A stretch of DNA of 64,000 nt from Mobula hypostoma (Eukaryota): positions 13,516,001 through 13,580,000 of the forward strand of contig NC_086128.1 in the NCBI RefSeq assembly GCF_963921235.1. The letters run 5' to 3'. Positions 1 through 13,067 of this stretch are shown here, piece by piece. Below the pieces are notes generated by a model. That model saw only the letters and a list, made by a program, of their open reading frames with translations, did no database searches and was not told where the DNA came from. Position 1 is the stretch's first letter, and each line of letters begins with the position of its first letter. Both the position numbers and the translations under genes were made by a program.

Positions 1-289
1 GGTTGGGGTGGAGTGTTGGTGAGGAGAGATTTATGGTGAAGGGGGACATACATTGAATCTGTAACTGTAAGTACACAAGACTGTGCTTGTGTTGAAATGA
101 AACTGGGAGGGAAGTAAGTGTAACACAAGCAGGCTGGCAGGAAGAAAATGTAACTCACGGTGAGAGCCACTTAGCAGGAGGTTGTCTTAAGGATGTTCAG
201 TTTTAATGAGATGTTATTAAGAATTCAAGCCACTGTGGCCCAGCTAATATTTTTGCACACAATTTATCTACATGAACTATAAAGTGGGC

Positions 290-930
290 TCATATTAAAA
301 TGTCTTGATCAAAATGAGTTACATTTCTGAAACCAATTTCAGCTAGTGTTGTTTTATGTTGTGGTCCACGCTTTTTTTTTAAAGCGGTATTTCTGAATGG
401 GGTCCAAGGAAAAGGATAACATCTGAATCTCTGTAGCCGAGTTCCTTCCATCATTCTGGCTGGGCATGTAGTGGAGTAGGGTGATGCTGGTTTCACTTTG
501 CTTAGATATATCTTATGTCCAATTTCACAAGAATCCTCCTCAAATAGTAATTTAAAATTTCCAACTCTGGCCATACTTTAAATGACTTGAAAAACCAGTA
601 TTTTTGTCACTGGACTAAGAGTGCTTCAAAATTATTGTAGGTTCCAAAAAGGTAGTTAAAGATTATTTCAACTGATTGATGAATTAGTAAAAAGGAGGAG
701 AATAAACACAGGATTTTCACTAAAATAATAGTCCTGAAGAATTTTTCATCCACTGAGGAAGACCAGGGAATGTGATCTGCTTTGCTACAAGTGAGGACTG
801 ATTCAAAGCCATAACATAATGTGAAAGGGAATTGGATAAAATGACAAAAGGAAATGGAGAAAGGCCTAGAAATGTGAGCATACAAAAGTGTTCAGGTTGA
901 CAAAAAAGCATGATTATTGATATGGTCAAT
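290..930 (-). pseudogene. Very decayed PIF/Harbinger (DDE_Tnp_4) transposase relic
   Basis: Frameshifted ORFs give motifs in the expected order: HFIQFP, ITFPGL, LFEE..IGHKIY (cf. LGDKGY), ARMMEGTRLQRFRC (cf. R..IE.T.G.LK.RFRCL). Alignment by eye only. Confidence 0.4.
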
Positions 931-1057
931 CTTATGTTCCAAACTCAAGAATGGTCAATTCCACCATTTTTTGTTTTGTGGAGATATAAGTATATCACAG
1001 CGAAGTAAATGTCTAATCAGAAGGGATCTGTAAGATTGCTGCATAATAGCTAAACAG

Positions 1058-1400
1058 AACATAAAATCATAAGAAATAAATCTAGGCTATTCAGCCCCTC
1101 CTGCCTGGTAAGATCATGGCTAATCTTTTACCTCAGCAGCACTTTCCCGTTCTACCCCATAACTCCTGATTTTCTGGATATCCAAAAACAGAACTATTGG
1201 TGTCTCTCTCTGAGATACTCAGTGACTGAGACTCCACGGTTCTTTTGGCTCGAGAATTCCAAAGATTCACTACTCTTTAGATAGTTTCTTCTCATCTCAG
1301 TCTTGACTGGCCAACCGACCCTTGAATTGGAACTGTGACCCCCCCCCCCGCCCCCACCGCCAGTTCTAGATGCACCAGTGATGGGAAACATCATGCTGTT
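1058..1400 (-). mobile_element. CR1 LINE 3' fragment
   Basis: Reverse strand resembles the other CR1 3' ends in the window (TEMRRNY-like coding end, ggctgaatagcct and cttatg tail). Confidence 0.65.
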
Positions 1401-1739
1401 GAACCTTGTGAGAATTCAATAATCATTTAATGTCATTATTCCAGCAAGGAATTGAATGTTATCTGTGTGTGCTTGACAGATATTTAGCAAGGCAAAAAAG
1501 GTTAATGCTGGGTGGGATGTAAACATATGCTCAATTAGTTCAGTCACCTCAGGGGTAATGCCAAAAGTGTGCTAATACTCCATTAGACCCTGTGTTAATG
1601 GAGCACTGGTGCATTTATTTCCATGCTCCCTCAACAATTATAGACCAATTCCTGCTCAGCCTATGTGCAAAAATAATGCAGATGCTGAAACTCTGAAATA
1701 AGCACGGAATATATTGAAAATACTCAGCAAGGCTCACAA

Positions 1740-3430
1740 GCATTTGATGCATTTCTGCTCTCAACATCGGGCAGGAAGTACAGAAGCCTGAAGTCCCACA
1801 CCACCAGGTTCAGGAAGACCTACTTCCCTTCAGCCATTCAATTCTTGAATGAATCTGCACAACCCAAATCACTACCTCAGAAGAACACTCTGCAATTGTG
1901 CTCTTTGTATAAATTAGAATCATAAAGTCAAAGAGCAATGTAGCAATGTTTTTACAGGTCTTCCAGCCCAACAAGTCCATGCCAATCCTGGTGCCTACCA
2001 ATCTTTTTCATGCTGTTCAATTTATATTGTTAATTTATATTTTTCTTGTGAATGTTGTCCATCTGATGCTGTGATGTTGCTGCAAGTTTTTCATTGCACC
2101 TGTGCCTACGTGTACTTGTGCATATGACAATAAATGTAACTTTGATTTTTATTCCCTATCATCCCACCCAAAGGAAAGATAGAGCTGTCTTTATCTTCCA
2201 CACCTCAGCCTTCAACGTTCAACAAATTGTCCTCTATAGTTACTACAATGTGATGCCACCACCAGACACAACCTTCCCTCCCCTTTCAACATTTTCAAGG
2301 GATCATTCCTACTACATCTCCTTGCTTTACTCTTCCATCCCCACTCCCCTTCTCCTTGCACTTGCTTCTGCAAAATGAAAGAAACAGAAAATGCTGGAAA
2401 TACTTTGCAGATCAGGGAACAACTGAGGAGAAGAGTGTATGTTTTAAGTCATACACTCCTTCCTAATGAAACAGTGAGATGGTCATGAGGTGGTCGCTTC
2501 TGCGTTAGAGAAACCAAATGTACTGTAGGTTCGGTGACTGCTTTGCAGAATATCTCCATTTGGTCTGCAAGGGTAGCCCTGAGCTTCAGTTTCCTGTCAC
2601 TTCAATTCTCAATCCCATTCCCTCTTTGACCTCTCTATCTTCAGTCACTTGCACTGTTTGAATGGAGCCTGATTTAAGCTTAAGGAAGAGTACCTCCAGA
2701 TAGACACACCACCAGGGTCAGGAACAGTCATCACCCCTCAACCATCAGGCTCTTGAAGCAGTGGGGATAATTTCACTTCCACAACTCTGAGCTGTTCCCA
2801 CAGCCTTTGAGACTTTTTTTTTTACCATGCCCATGGTCTGTTCTTCATCAAATTACGGTATTGCTTCGCACTGTTGTAACTATATGTTATAATTATGTGG
2901 TTTTTGTCAGTTTTAGTCTTGGTCTGTCTTGTGTTTCTGTGATATCACACCGGAGGAACATTGTATCATTTCTTAATGCATGCATTACTAAATGACAATA
3001 AAAGAGGACTGGGTGTCCTCATTATCTAATCTAAACCTATGGACTCACTTTCAAGGATTCATCATCTCATGTTCTCGATATTTATTGCTAATTTATTATT
3101 ATTTTTTCTCTTTTGTAGTTTCACAGCTTGTTGTCTTTTACACACTGACTGTTTTTCTGCCCTGTTGAGCTCGGTCTTTTACTGATTCTCTTATGGTTCT
3201 TGGGTTTACTGTGAATCCCCACAAGAAAACAAATCTCAGAGCTGTAGATGGTGACGTAAATGCATGTTGATAAATTAACTTTGAACTTTCCACCCCCCAA
3301 GTGCTCAAAGAGCAAACCTTTCAAGTTTGTCAGAACTGGCCAGAGTTATCATCAATCTGTAATATAATTTTATTATTCTTCCCACAGATGCTGCCTGACC
3401 TGTTAAGTGTTTCCAGCACTCCCTTTTATT
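1740..3430 (+). mobile_element. Cluster of old Rex1/Babar 3' ends and decayed Penelope-like fragments
   Basis: caccaccaggttcaggaa... and aataaa...tttgaacttt Rex-type ends like 48720-49020; 2150-2700 resembles the PLE coding end; PLE 3' tail near 3380-3430. Confidence 0.55.
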
Positions 3431-3707
3431 TCAGGTTTCCAGAAGCAGCATTATTTGATATCTAACAGTCCTAGCATTGCTTTTTACTCTTCCATATTTC
3501 CTCAATTATCCTCTTCTACTTACATCTCCTCCAGATAGATAAGCTGTAATGTACGAGCCTTAACCACCTTCTCTAAGCCAGCACCACCATCATTGATGTC
3601 AACGTCAACCCTATCACACACATTCCCTTTGTTCATTCCATCCCTTGTCACGAACGGGGTAAAGTTTAAAGGATATGTGCGGGGCAAGTTTTTTCACACA
3701 GAGTGGT

Positions 3708-4096
3708 TCATTCATGATGTTCCATGTCTATGATGTGGGCAATCATGGTCTTTCCATGACCATGATTGTTCTTGGCAAATTTTTCTGCAGAAGTGCTTCT
3801 GGGCAGTGTCTTTACAAGACAGGTGACCCGAGACAGTATCAATACTCTTCAGAGATTGTCTGCCTGGCGTCAGTGGTCGCATAACCAGGATTTAGATATG
3901 TACCAGCTGCTCATACAACCATCTGCTCCCATGGTTTCATGTGACCCTGATCTGGAGGTGGAGAGGGGTGGGGGGGGGGCTAAGCAGGTGCTACACCTTG
4001 CCCAAGGGTGACCAGCAGGCTAACAGAGGGAAGGAGCACCTTACACCTCCTTTGGTAGAGACATATCGCCACTCCGCCACTCCGCCACTCCACATG
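3708..4096 (-). mobile_element. Short non-autonomous RTE/BovB-like element inserted in a CR1 3' end (3650-4310)
   Basis: Same family as 58622-59009 in opposite orientation; BovB-like 3' end; flanked by gagtggt at 3701-3707 and 4097-4103. Confidence 0.65.
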
Positions 4097-4742
4097 GAGT
4101 GGTAGGTGCCTCAAATGTGCTGCCAGGGAAGGCAGTGGAAGCAGAAACAGTAGAGACATTTTTTAGAGGTATTTTGACAAATACATGAACATGCAGTGAG
4201 TGGAGAGATATGGATCATGTGCAGGCAGATGGCATTAGTTTCAATTGGCATTGTGACCAGTGCGGACATTGTGGGCCAAAGGAGCTGCTCCTCTTCTCTG
4301 CTCAACGTTAAGATCGTTTGCTCATCTTAACAATCCAATGCATAATGATCGTTCCAATGGTAGCACAACCAAAGGTTGTGATGTTTTTTACAAATTCTTT
4401 TGTAGTTTGAAATATTTATTATCCATTTCTAATGCCGTTGACAAGGCGGAGCTACCTTTTTTTATTTCAAATATTTTTATTGTTTTTTTTAAAATAGAGA
4501 CCATAGTATAAAGAAGGTTTGTGCAGTTCATAACAAATGTATCAAATGTACAATTCACATCTATGAAAGAGATGCACCCATAGTACAGTCATGCTTTAGT
4601 TGCCTCCCTGCCCCGACCCACCCCGACCCACCCCGACCCACCCCTCCCAATCCCCATCTCCAAGCCAGCACTGCATTAGCAAAAAGGGTTAACAATATAT
4701 ATTTTGTATTTAATATATATGTATTTAAGTCATTAATATACA

Positions 4743-5740
4743 TATATTAATGACTTAGACAAGGGAATTAAATGCAGCAGTTTACAATATATACCAATGA
4801 CTTAAACAAGGGAATTAAATGCAGCATCTCCAAGTTTGCGGATGACACGAAGCTGGGTGGCAGTGTTAGCTGTGAGGAGGATGCAGGGTGACTTGGATAG
4901 GTTGGGTGAGTGGGCAAATTCATGGCTGATGCAATTTAATGTGGATAAATGTGAGGTTATCCACTTTGGTGGCAAGAACAAGAAAACAGATTATTATCTG
5001 AATGGTGGCCGATTAGGAAAAGGGGAGGTGCAATGAGACCTGGGTGTCATTGTACACCAGTCATTGAAAGTGGGCATGCAGGTACAGCAGGCGGTGAAAA
5101 AGGCGAATGGTATGCTGGCATTCATAGCAAGAGGATTCGAGTACAGGAGCAGGGAGGTTCTACTGCAGTTGTACAAGGCCTTGGTGAGACCACATCTGGA
5201 GTACTGTGTGCAGTTTTGGTCCCCTAATCTGAGGAAAGACATTCTTGCCATAGAGGGTTCACCAGATTGATTCCTGGGATGGCAGGACTTTCATATGATG
5301 AAAGACTGGATCGACTAGGCTTATACTCGCTGAAATTTAGAAGATTGAGGGGGGATCTGATTGAAACGTATAAAATTCTAAAGGGATTGGACAGGCTAGA
5401 TGCAGGAAGATTGTTCTCGATGTTGGGGAAGTCCAGAATGAGGGGTCACAGTTTAAGGATAAAGGGGAAGCCTTTTAGGACTGAGATTAGGAAAAACTTC
5501 TTCACACAGAGAGTGGTGAATCTGTGGAATTCTCTGCCACAGGAAACAGTTGAGGCCAGTTCATTGGCTATATTTAAGAGGGAGTTAGATAGGGCCCTTG
5601 TGGCTAAAGGGATCAGGGGTATGGAGGGAAGGCTGGTACAGGGTTCTGAGTTGGATGATCAGCCATGATCATAATAAATGGCGGTGCAGGCTTGAAGGGC
5701 CGAATGGCCTACTCCTGCACCTATTTTCTATGTTTCTATG
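4743..5740 (+). mobile_element. CR1 LINE, 5'-truncated RT C-terminus and 3' UTR
   Basis: KFADDT motif, LVRPHLEYCVQFWSP, RRLRGDLIETYKI, FFTQRVVNLWNSLP; (tttctatg) tail. Confidence 0.95.
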
Positions 5741-6527
5741 TTAAACAGAACCTTTGTCCCCACAGAGCTGCATTGGTATAGAGGTGGTGTATTTTCCTAA
5801 TACCTAGACTGTTGTACGTTTACAAATCTGGGTCCATAGAATTTTACCAGGAAATGCTGGAAGTCAGGGATTTATGTGCAGAGGAAAGGAAGAAAGGATG
5901 GACCTTTAGTCTGGCTGGGAATTCTGAGAATATTCAAGAAAGAGTCCCCACACCTTTTAGAACTTTATGTCCGAGTTGAAAATTGAATACTGGATCTTCT
6001 CAAGGTTTAGACTGGACAGTGATGTCCCTGAGCCACTGAGCGTGGGTGGGCGGGGCAGCATCCCTCCACCTGAGCAAGACTGCGCACCTGGCCAAAAGAG
6101 AGGCAAAGGACAGTGTGCGACATCTGGTTGGACTTAGGTGCGTGTCCCCCTCACCGGAGGTGCCGAAAACAGCAATCAAAGGGCTAGGTTCCAAATTATA
6201 ATTAAGTATTTGGGATAGAGTTTGGAAAACACCTTTCCAATATTTTTCCAAGCTAGGGCGTGTCCAGTGCATGTGAATAAGTGAAGCCTCGCCCCCTTTT
6301 GCATTTGTCGCAGCAGGGATGAACATCTGGGTAAATGCAGGATAATTTAGTTTTAGACATATGGGCCCTGTGTACGACCTTGAGCTGTAACAAGCAGTGG
6401 CGGGCACATAAAGAGGTTGAGTTAACTAACTTAAGAACTGAATCCCATATGTCATCTGACAGTGAGAAATTTAAATCTTGCTCCCAGGCAGTTTCAATTT
6501 TGTCGAGGGGGCTCGCCTCAGGACTGC

Positions 6528-7807
6528 CGCATCTGCTCTCAGGATGAGGCTTTTCATTCTAAAAACGCCATCCCCTTCTCGCAATTCCTCCGTCTCCGCC
6601 GCATCTGCTCTCAGGATGAGGCTTTTCATTCTAGGACGAGGGAGATGTCTTCATTTTTTAAAGAAAGGGGCTTCCCTTCCTCCACTATCAACTCTGCTCT
6701 TAAACGCATCTCCTCCATTTCACGTACATCTGCTCTCACTCCATCCTCCCACCACCCCACTAGGAATAGGGTTCCCCTGGTCCTCACCTACCACCCCACC
6801 AGCCTCCGGGTCCAACATATTATTCTCCGTAACTTCCGCCACCTCCAACGGGATCCCACCACTAAGCACATCTTTCCCTCCCCCCCCCCTGCATTCCGCA
6901 GGGATCGCTCCCTACACAACTCCCTTGTCCATTCGTCCCCCCCATCCCTCCCCACTAATCTCCCTCCTGGCACTTATCCGTGTAAGCGGAACAAGTGCTA
7001 CACATGCCCTTACACTTCCTCCCTTACCACCATTCAGGGCCCCAAACAGTCCTTCCAGGTGAGGCATCACTTCACCTGTGAGTCGACTGGGGTGATATAC
7101 TGCGTCCGGTGCTCCCGATGTGGCCTTTTATATATTGGCGAGACCCGACGCAGACTGGGAGACCGCTTTGCTGAACATCTACGCTCTATCCGCCAGAGAA
7201 AGCAGGATCTCCCAGTGGCCACACATTTTAATTCCACATCCCATTCCCATTCTGACATGTCTATCCACGGCCTCCTCTACTGTAAAGATGAAGCCACACT
7301 CAGGTTGGAGGAACAACACCTTATATTCCGTCTGGGTAGCCTCCAACCTGATGGCATGAACATCGACTTCTCTAACTTCCGCTAAGGCCCCACCTCCCCC
7401 TCGTACCCCATCCGTTACTCATTTTTATGCACACATTCTTTCTCTCACTCTCCTTTTTCTCCCTCTGTACCTCTGAATATACCTCTTGCCCATCCTCTGG
7501 GTCAACCCCCCCCCCGTCTTTCTTCCCGGACCTCCTGTCCCATGATCCTCTCATATCCCCTTTTGCCTATCACCTGTCCAGCTCTCGGCTCTCTCCCTCC
7601 CCCTCCTGTCTTCTCCTATCATTTTGGATCTCCCCCTCCAACTTTCAAATCCCTTACTCACTCTTCCTTCAGTTAGTCCTGACGAAGGGTCTCGGCCTGA
7701 AACGTCGACTGCACCTTTTCCTACAGATGCTGCTTGGCCTGCTGCGTTCACCAGCAACTTTGATGTATGTTGCTTGAATTTCCAGCATCTGCAGAATTCC
7801 TGTTGTT
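6528..7807 (+). mobile_element. Penelope-like element (Neptune type): RT thumb, Cys-rich linker, GIY-YIG endonuclease, 3' end
   Basis: Open frame to 7385 with CKRNKCYTC linker, VIY...LYIGET...RFAEH and E..LI..LG..P.GMN; TSD ctcgcctcaggactgc at 6512-6527 and 7808-7823. Confidence 0.93.
7675..7710 (+). ncRNA. Minimal hammerhead ribozyme motif in PLE 3' end
   Basis: AGTC-CTGACGA-AGGGTCTCGGCCT-GAAA-C-GTC-GACT: core boxes, stem I AGTC/GACT, GUC cleavage triplet. Confidence 0.75.
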
Positions 7808-7973
7808 CTCGCCTCAGGACTGCTAGCTTGTTGCAAATAGTAGATATTAGACCTTTGCGCAATGGATTCATGCAGAGAAACATATCAATGACGTTTGTGT
7901 CGGGTGCCTCAGGGAAGATTGATATCAAAGGGCTGATAAAATGTCTAATTTGCAAATATCTGAAGAAATGAGT

Positions 7974-8291
7974 AAACACAAGGAATTCTGCAGATGCTGG
8001 AAATTCAAGCAACACACATCAAAGTTGCTGGTGAACGCAGCAGGCCAGGCAGCATCTCTAGGAAGAGGTACAGTCGACGTTTCGGGCTGAGACCCTTCGT
8101 CAGGACTAACTGAAAGAAGAGATAGTAAGAGATTTGGACTAACTGAAAGCAGAGCTAGTAAGAGATGTGTGACTAACTGAAAGACTAGCTCTTCTTTCAG
8201 TTAGTCCTGATGAAGGGTCTCAGCCCAAAATGTCGACTGTACCTCTTCCTAGAGATGCTGCCTGGCCTGCTGCATTCACCAGCAACTTTGA
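7974..8291. mobile_element. Inverted (fold-back) PLE 3'-end insertion
   Basis: Minus copy 7974-~8184 joined to plus copy ~8184-8291; TSD tgaagaaatgagt at 7961-7973 and 8292-8304. Confidence 0.9.
8072..8107 (-). ncRNA. Minimal hammerhead ribozyme motif
   Basis: Reverse complement reads AGTC CTGACGA A GGGTCTCAGCCC GAAA CGTC GACT. Confidence 0.75.
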
Positions 8292-10571
8292 TGAAGAAAT
8301 GAGTGTTGGGTAGGTTAAACTTTGCAGACAGTTGTTCAAATGATGCAAAGCAGTTGTCCATAAAAAGATCTTTAAAGCACCTAATGCCCTTTCTATACCA
8401 GTCTTGAAATGTTGGATCATTATAGAAGGCTGGAAGAGATGATTATATAGAATAGGACCTGAAAGAGAGAAGCCATGGAGACCACTATGCTTTCTGAACT
8501 GAGCCCACACTCTCAGGGTGTGCCTGATAACAGGATTAACAATTGGTTTAGGCATAAGAAAAGGGAGTGCAGATCCAAGAAGTGCGGAGATGGAGAAATT
8601 CTGAATAGAGTTCAGCTCCATTGCCACCCATATTGGGCAGTCAGATTGGTTGTAAAAATGAGACGAGAAGATGAGAAAGCGTATATTAGCTACCCAGTAA
8701 TAGAAGCGGAAATTGGGCAAAGCCATGCCCCCAACACTTTTAGATTTTTGAAGATGGACTTTATTCAGTTGGGGACGCCGGAGCTACCTTCTTTAAACGT
8801 TGCTATTCCTTAGTGCTGTTGGAAAGTGAGTTCCAGGATTTAGTTCAAGCAATGATGAAGGGACGGTGATATACTGTAATTCCAAGTGTACAACTCGGAG
8901 GAGAACCCGCAGGTGTGGTGTGTCCACGTGTTTGCTGCTCTTATCCTTGCAGGTAGAGACTATGGGTTTGGAGTGAGTTGTTGGAGTAGCCTTGGTGGAT
9001 CACTGTGATGCTTTCTGTAGATGGTATTGGTTTGGCATGAACGCCACTTACCACATTAGTTCATGCAAGAATGTCTAAATTGGGATTCTGGCACTGTACT
9101 CTGAAACTGATATAGGAAGAATTGTTCTATGGACCCCTACTGATATCATACTCAGTTCCCTGAAGGACTATAGAGCTCACCATGATACCACAGTAATATT
9201 TACTTTCCTCAGGGTTGTATATGGTGACATATATATACTTTAATAATAAAGTTACTTTGAACTTTGACTTGATCGGTCCAGTGCGCTGTTGCTGTCATCT
9301 CACTGATACTGTTGAGACTTGTGAAGGACAGCTAAGCAGTGGGAGGCATTGGTGCTAAGTGTGCAACCTGAGCATTCTTACTTCAACTTAACAATAAAAG
9401 TTTTCCACAACCATAACTACCCCTTCCCCCTTTCTACCACAAACCCACCATTCCTAAATCAAGATAATGTTTGATACAAATGCTTGAATTGTTGCATTTA
9501 TTGCACAAAAGCAGCCCCCACCCCATTCCTGCCCCGACCCCTTTATTTAAGTGTGGAATTTTTCCAATTGCATGCTTTATGGTTTTCTGGGGAGTTGGAT
9601 GGTCCCTGAGCTGTCAGACAAACTCTTTGTATTGCAATGGTGCCGTTTAAATTGGACTCCAGCTCAGCTCCACACAAACCAATTTAAAGGGAGTCAGGTC
9701 ACACATTGTGCATCGTGGCAAACAGCCAGATCCCTCCACTGGTTGATAAACGACAACCTCGTAACCACCAGGGTCGATAACAAGGAGACAGAAAGCTACA
9801 GCAGAATTTAACCTCGTTTATTCCACAGTTCAATTCCATCCCTGTTTTGCTTTCAAGGCAACACCTGTGGGAATTTACTGCTTGTTCTGCATTCTTATAA
9901 TAACCAAGGCAGACAGTTATAATTCTTCAATGAAGAGGATGTAGTGTTTTAAAATATTATCCAATGCATTCAAAAGGCAATATTCAATACACAAGGGGTC
10001 TCGTAATAATGCAGTCAACTTCAAGTAACCATGCACCTGATCCAAGCACAGAATTCCTGTAAGATAAAATTGATTCACATTCTTCCTCAATTCCTAAACC
10101 ACAAAAGCCATTTAAATGCATAAGCCTTCTCTGAGCAAAATACTTTCCCCATTTTTACTCATTAATTACTCAGCATGTTGAACATTGTCAAAAGCTATAT
10201 TTAATCTATTCTAATTTAAACATAGATATAGCTATGAATCACAGAACCACAGAATGATGCAGCACAGAAGGAGGCTTCTTGGCCCATTGCATGGATGTCA
10301 ATTCTTTGGTGGAGCTATCCAATTAATCCTGCTCTCCAGTTCGTTCCCCAGAGCCCAGTAAATTAAAGGACAAGTTCAGAAGTGGGGATGTTTGCTGATG
10401 ATTGCATGGTATTCAGGATCCTCACAAATGAACCAGTGCGTGCCTACTTATGGTAAAACCTAGACAACATTAAGGCATAGGCTGATTAGTGACATAACAT
10501 TCATACTGGAAAAGTTTCATGTAATGGCCATCTCCAACAAGAGAGAGCCTGGCCACCTACCCCTAACATTA

Positions 10572-12070
10572 GTGCCTCTCTAGCCATAGGCAAAGTCCTG
10601 GAGGACTGGTGAGTAGCTAATGCTGTTCCATTTATCAAGAAGGGAACCAGATAGAATCCTGGGAACTATAGACCGATGATTCTTACATCAATGGTAGGGA
10701 ATTTACTGGAGAGAATTCTTAGTGATAGGATATATGAGCATTTGGAAGACCATGGTCTAATTAGGAGGAGCCATCATGGTTTTGTCTGGGGCCAGTTGTG
10801 TCTTACTAACTTGATTGAGTTTTTTGATGAGATGACAAGTTTGATTGATGAAGGTAGAGCTGTGGATGTTGTCTGCATGGATTTTAGTAAGGTGTTTGAC
10901 AAGGTCCCTCATGGGAGGCTCATCCAGAAGATTAAAGTGCATGGGGTTCATGGTGAATTATGTATTTGGGTTGAGAACGGGTTTGCCCTAGAAGACAGAG
11001 GGTAGTGATCGAAGGAACTTATTCTAGTTGGAGGTCTGTAATTAGTGGTGCTCCTGCAGGGATTTGTACTGGGAACACTGCAGTTTTTGATGTATATAAA
11101 TGACCTGGATAAAAATGTAGATGGGTGGGTCAGTAAGTTTGCAAATGATATGAAGATTGATAGTGCTGTGGATAGCACAGGTGGCTGGCAAGGAGTACAA
11201 CATGATATAGATCAGTTGCAGATACGGGCAGAGAAGTGGCAAATGGAGTTTAACCTAGATAAATGTGAGGTGTTGCATCTTGGTAGGGCAAATGCAAGGA
11301 GACAGTGCACTGTCAAGGGCAAGATCCTTAACAGTATTACTGAGCATAGAGATCCTGGGATCCAAGTTCATAACCCCCTGAAAGTGGCTACACAGGTCAA
11401 TAAGGTAGTTAGGAAGGTTTATCGAATGCTTGTCTTTATTAGTCAAGGCATTGAGTTCAAAAATCAGGCAGTTATGTTGCAACTTTATAAAACTCTGGTT
11501 AGGCCACACCTGGAGTATTGCATACAGTTCTGGTCACCCCATTAAAGGAATGACGTCAAAGCTTTGGAGAAGATGAAGAGGTGGTTTACCAGGATGCTGC
11601 CTGGATTAGAGGGCATGTGCTATAACAAGATGTTGGACAAACTTGGGTTGTTTTCTGTGGAGTGGTGGAGGGTGAGGGGCAACCTGATAGAGGTCTATAA
11701 CATTGTGAGAGGCAGAGATAGAGTAGGCAGGGAGCATCTTTCTCCCAGGGTAGAAATGTCTAATACCAAAGGGCATGCATTTAATACTTGAGGGGGTCAT
11801 TTCAAAGTAGATGTGAAGGACAAGTTTTTTCACACAGAGAGGGGCAGGTGCCTGGAATGTGCTGTCTGGGGTGGTGGTAGAGACAGATACATTAGGAATT
11901 TTGAAGAGATGTTTAGATAGGCACATGAATGTGGGGGAAATGGAAGGATATGGACATTGTCCAGGCAGAAGGGATTAGTTTAGTTGGCCATTTGATTACT
12001 AATTTAGTTGGCCCAGTACAACATTGTGGGCCAAAGGGCAGGTTCCTGTGCTGTACTGTTCTATGTTCTA
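10572..12070 (+). mobile_element. CR1 LINE RT fragment inserted in an older LINE
   Basis: NYRP, LTNLIEFF, DFSKVFDKVPH, QGFVLG, KFAND, LVRPHLEYC; (gttctat) tail; older LINE sequence flanks both sides (10365-10571, 12071-12300). Confidence 0.92.
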
Positions 12071-13067
12071 TTATTCAATGGTATTACCATTGCCAAGTTG
12101 CCTGCATCCACTGACTACAAACTCAGCTAGATCAGCTGCATAAATATCATGGATACCAGAGCAGGTCAGAGGTTGGGCATCTTGTGAAACTGATTCATGT
12201 CTTGACAGCCCCAAGCCTTTCCATCATTTACAAAGGCACAAGTCATGAATGTGATGGAATAGTCTCCATAATGTACCATAGTTTTTCATTGCAATATTTA
12301 TGGGAGAGATTTCTGGTGTCACCCACTTGCCCACTCCTACCCTTCCACTGTGCTAGATTTGGGCCTAACTTCTTTAAATGAGGCCCGTGAGCTGATTAAT
12401 CCTCAGTCTCACTTTGTGAGTGAGATTTTTAAAAAACTGCGATTCTAGTTAACTTCTGGTTCGATATAGTATCAACCTCCAAGTTTATTAGGGGAGCCTC
12501 TACAGATTTATTTTTTCAATGAGTCAGTAAACTGCTTCTTCAGCTTTGGGAGCTCAGATTAAATAAACCCAACTTGGAGGGAGAACCTCCTCATTCTGAA
12601 GGCCAAAATGAGTCCTTGTATGCAATGACTTCATGCTGTTTCATTGCAGGAAGCAAGAGAGAAGAATGTTAGCTCATAGCAAAGTACCAAACTGAAAAAT
12701 AAATAATCAACAAAGAATTTTACAGAGAATGGTAGTAGTTATAAACTGGTCAAATAATGATTCAGAGACACAATGACAATGGGTCATTTACAATCAGTTA
12801 ATCAAACAATCTGGAATTCATATCAGTAATGTTGACCATGAAATTACTGGATTGTTGTTCTTTTCTTGGTCTGGACTACGGTAGCTCCAAACTGCCCTCT
12901 GAATTGACCTGGCAAACCACTCAATTCAAGGGTAGTGAGGCTTGGGCAACAAATGCTGATCTTACCAGTGTTATCCATATCCCACGAAAGAACTACAAAT
13001 AAGGTGGTTCCCTGCAACTTTCATGGACAATTTTGTTTGAACAACAAATGCAGATTATATAATTGGT

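Larger units (their letters stand above)
4459..8778 (-). mobile_element. 5'-truncated L1-clade LINE (ORF2 C-terminus and 3' UTR) carrying three nested insertions
   Basis: ALPNFRFYYW (8220-8726 ORF) and W..VFQTLSQIL...LLAR..LLRW...PPT..QW (6000-6407 ORF); T-rich end at 4459; TSD cggagctacctt at 4447-4458 and 8779-8790. Confidence 0.85.
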
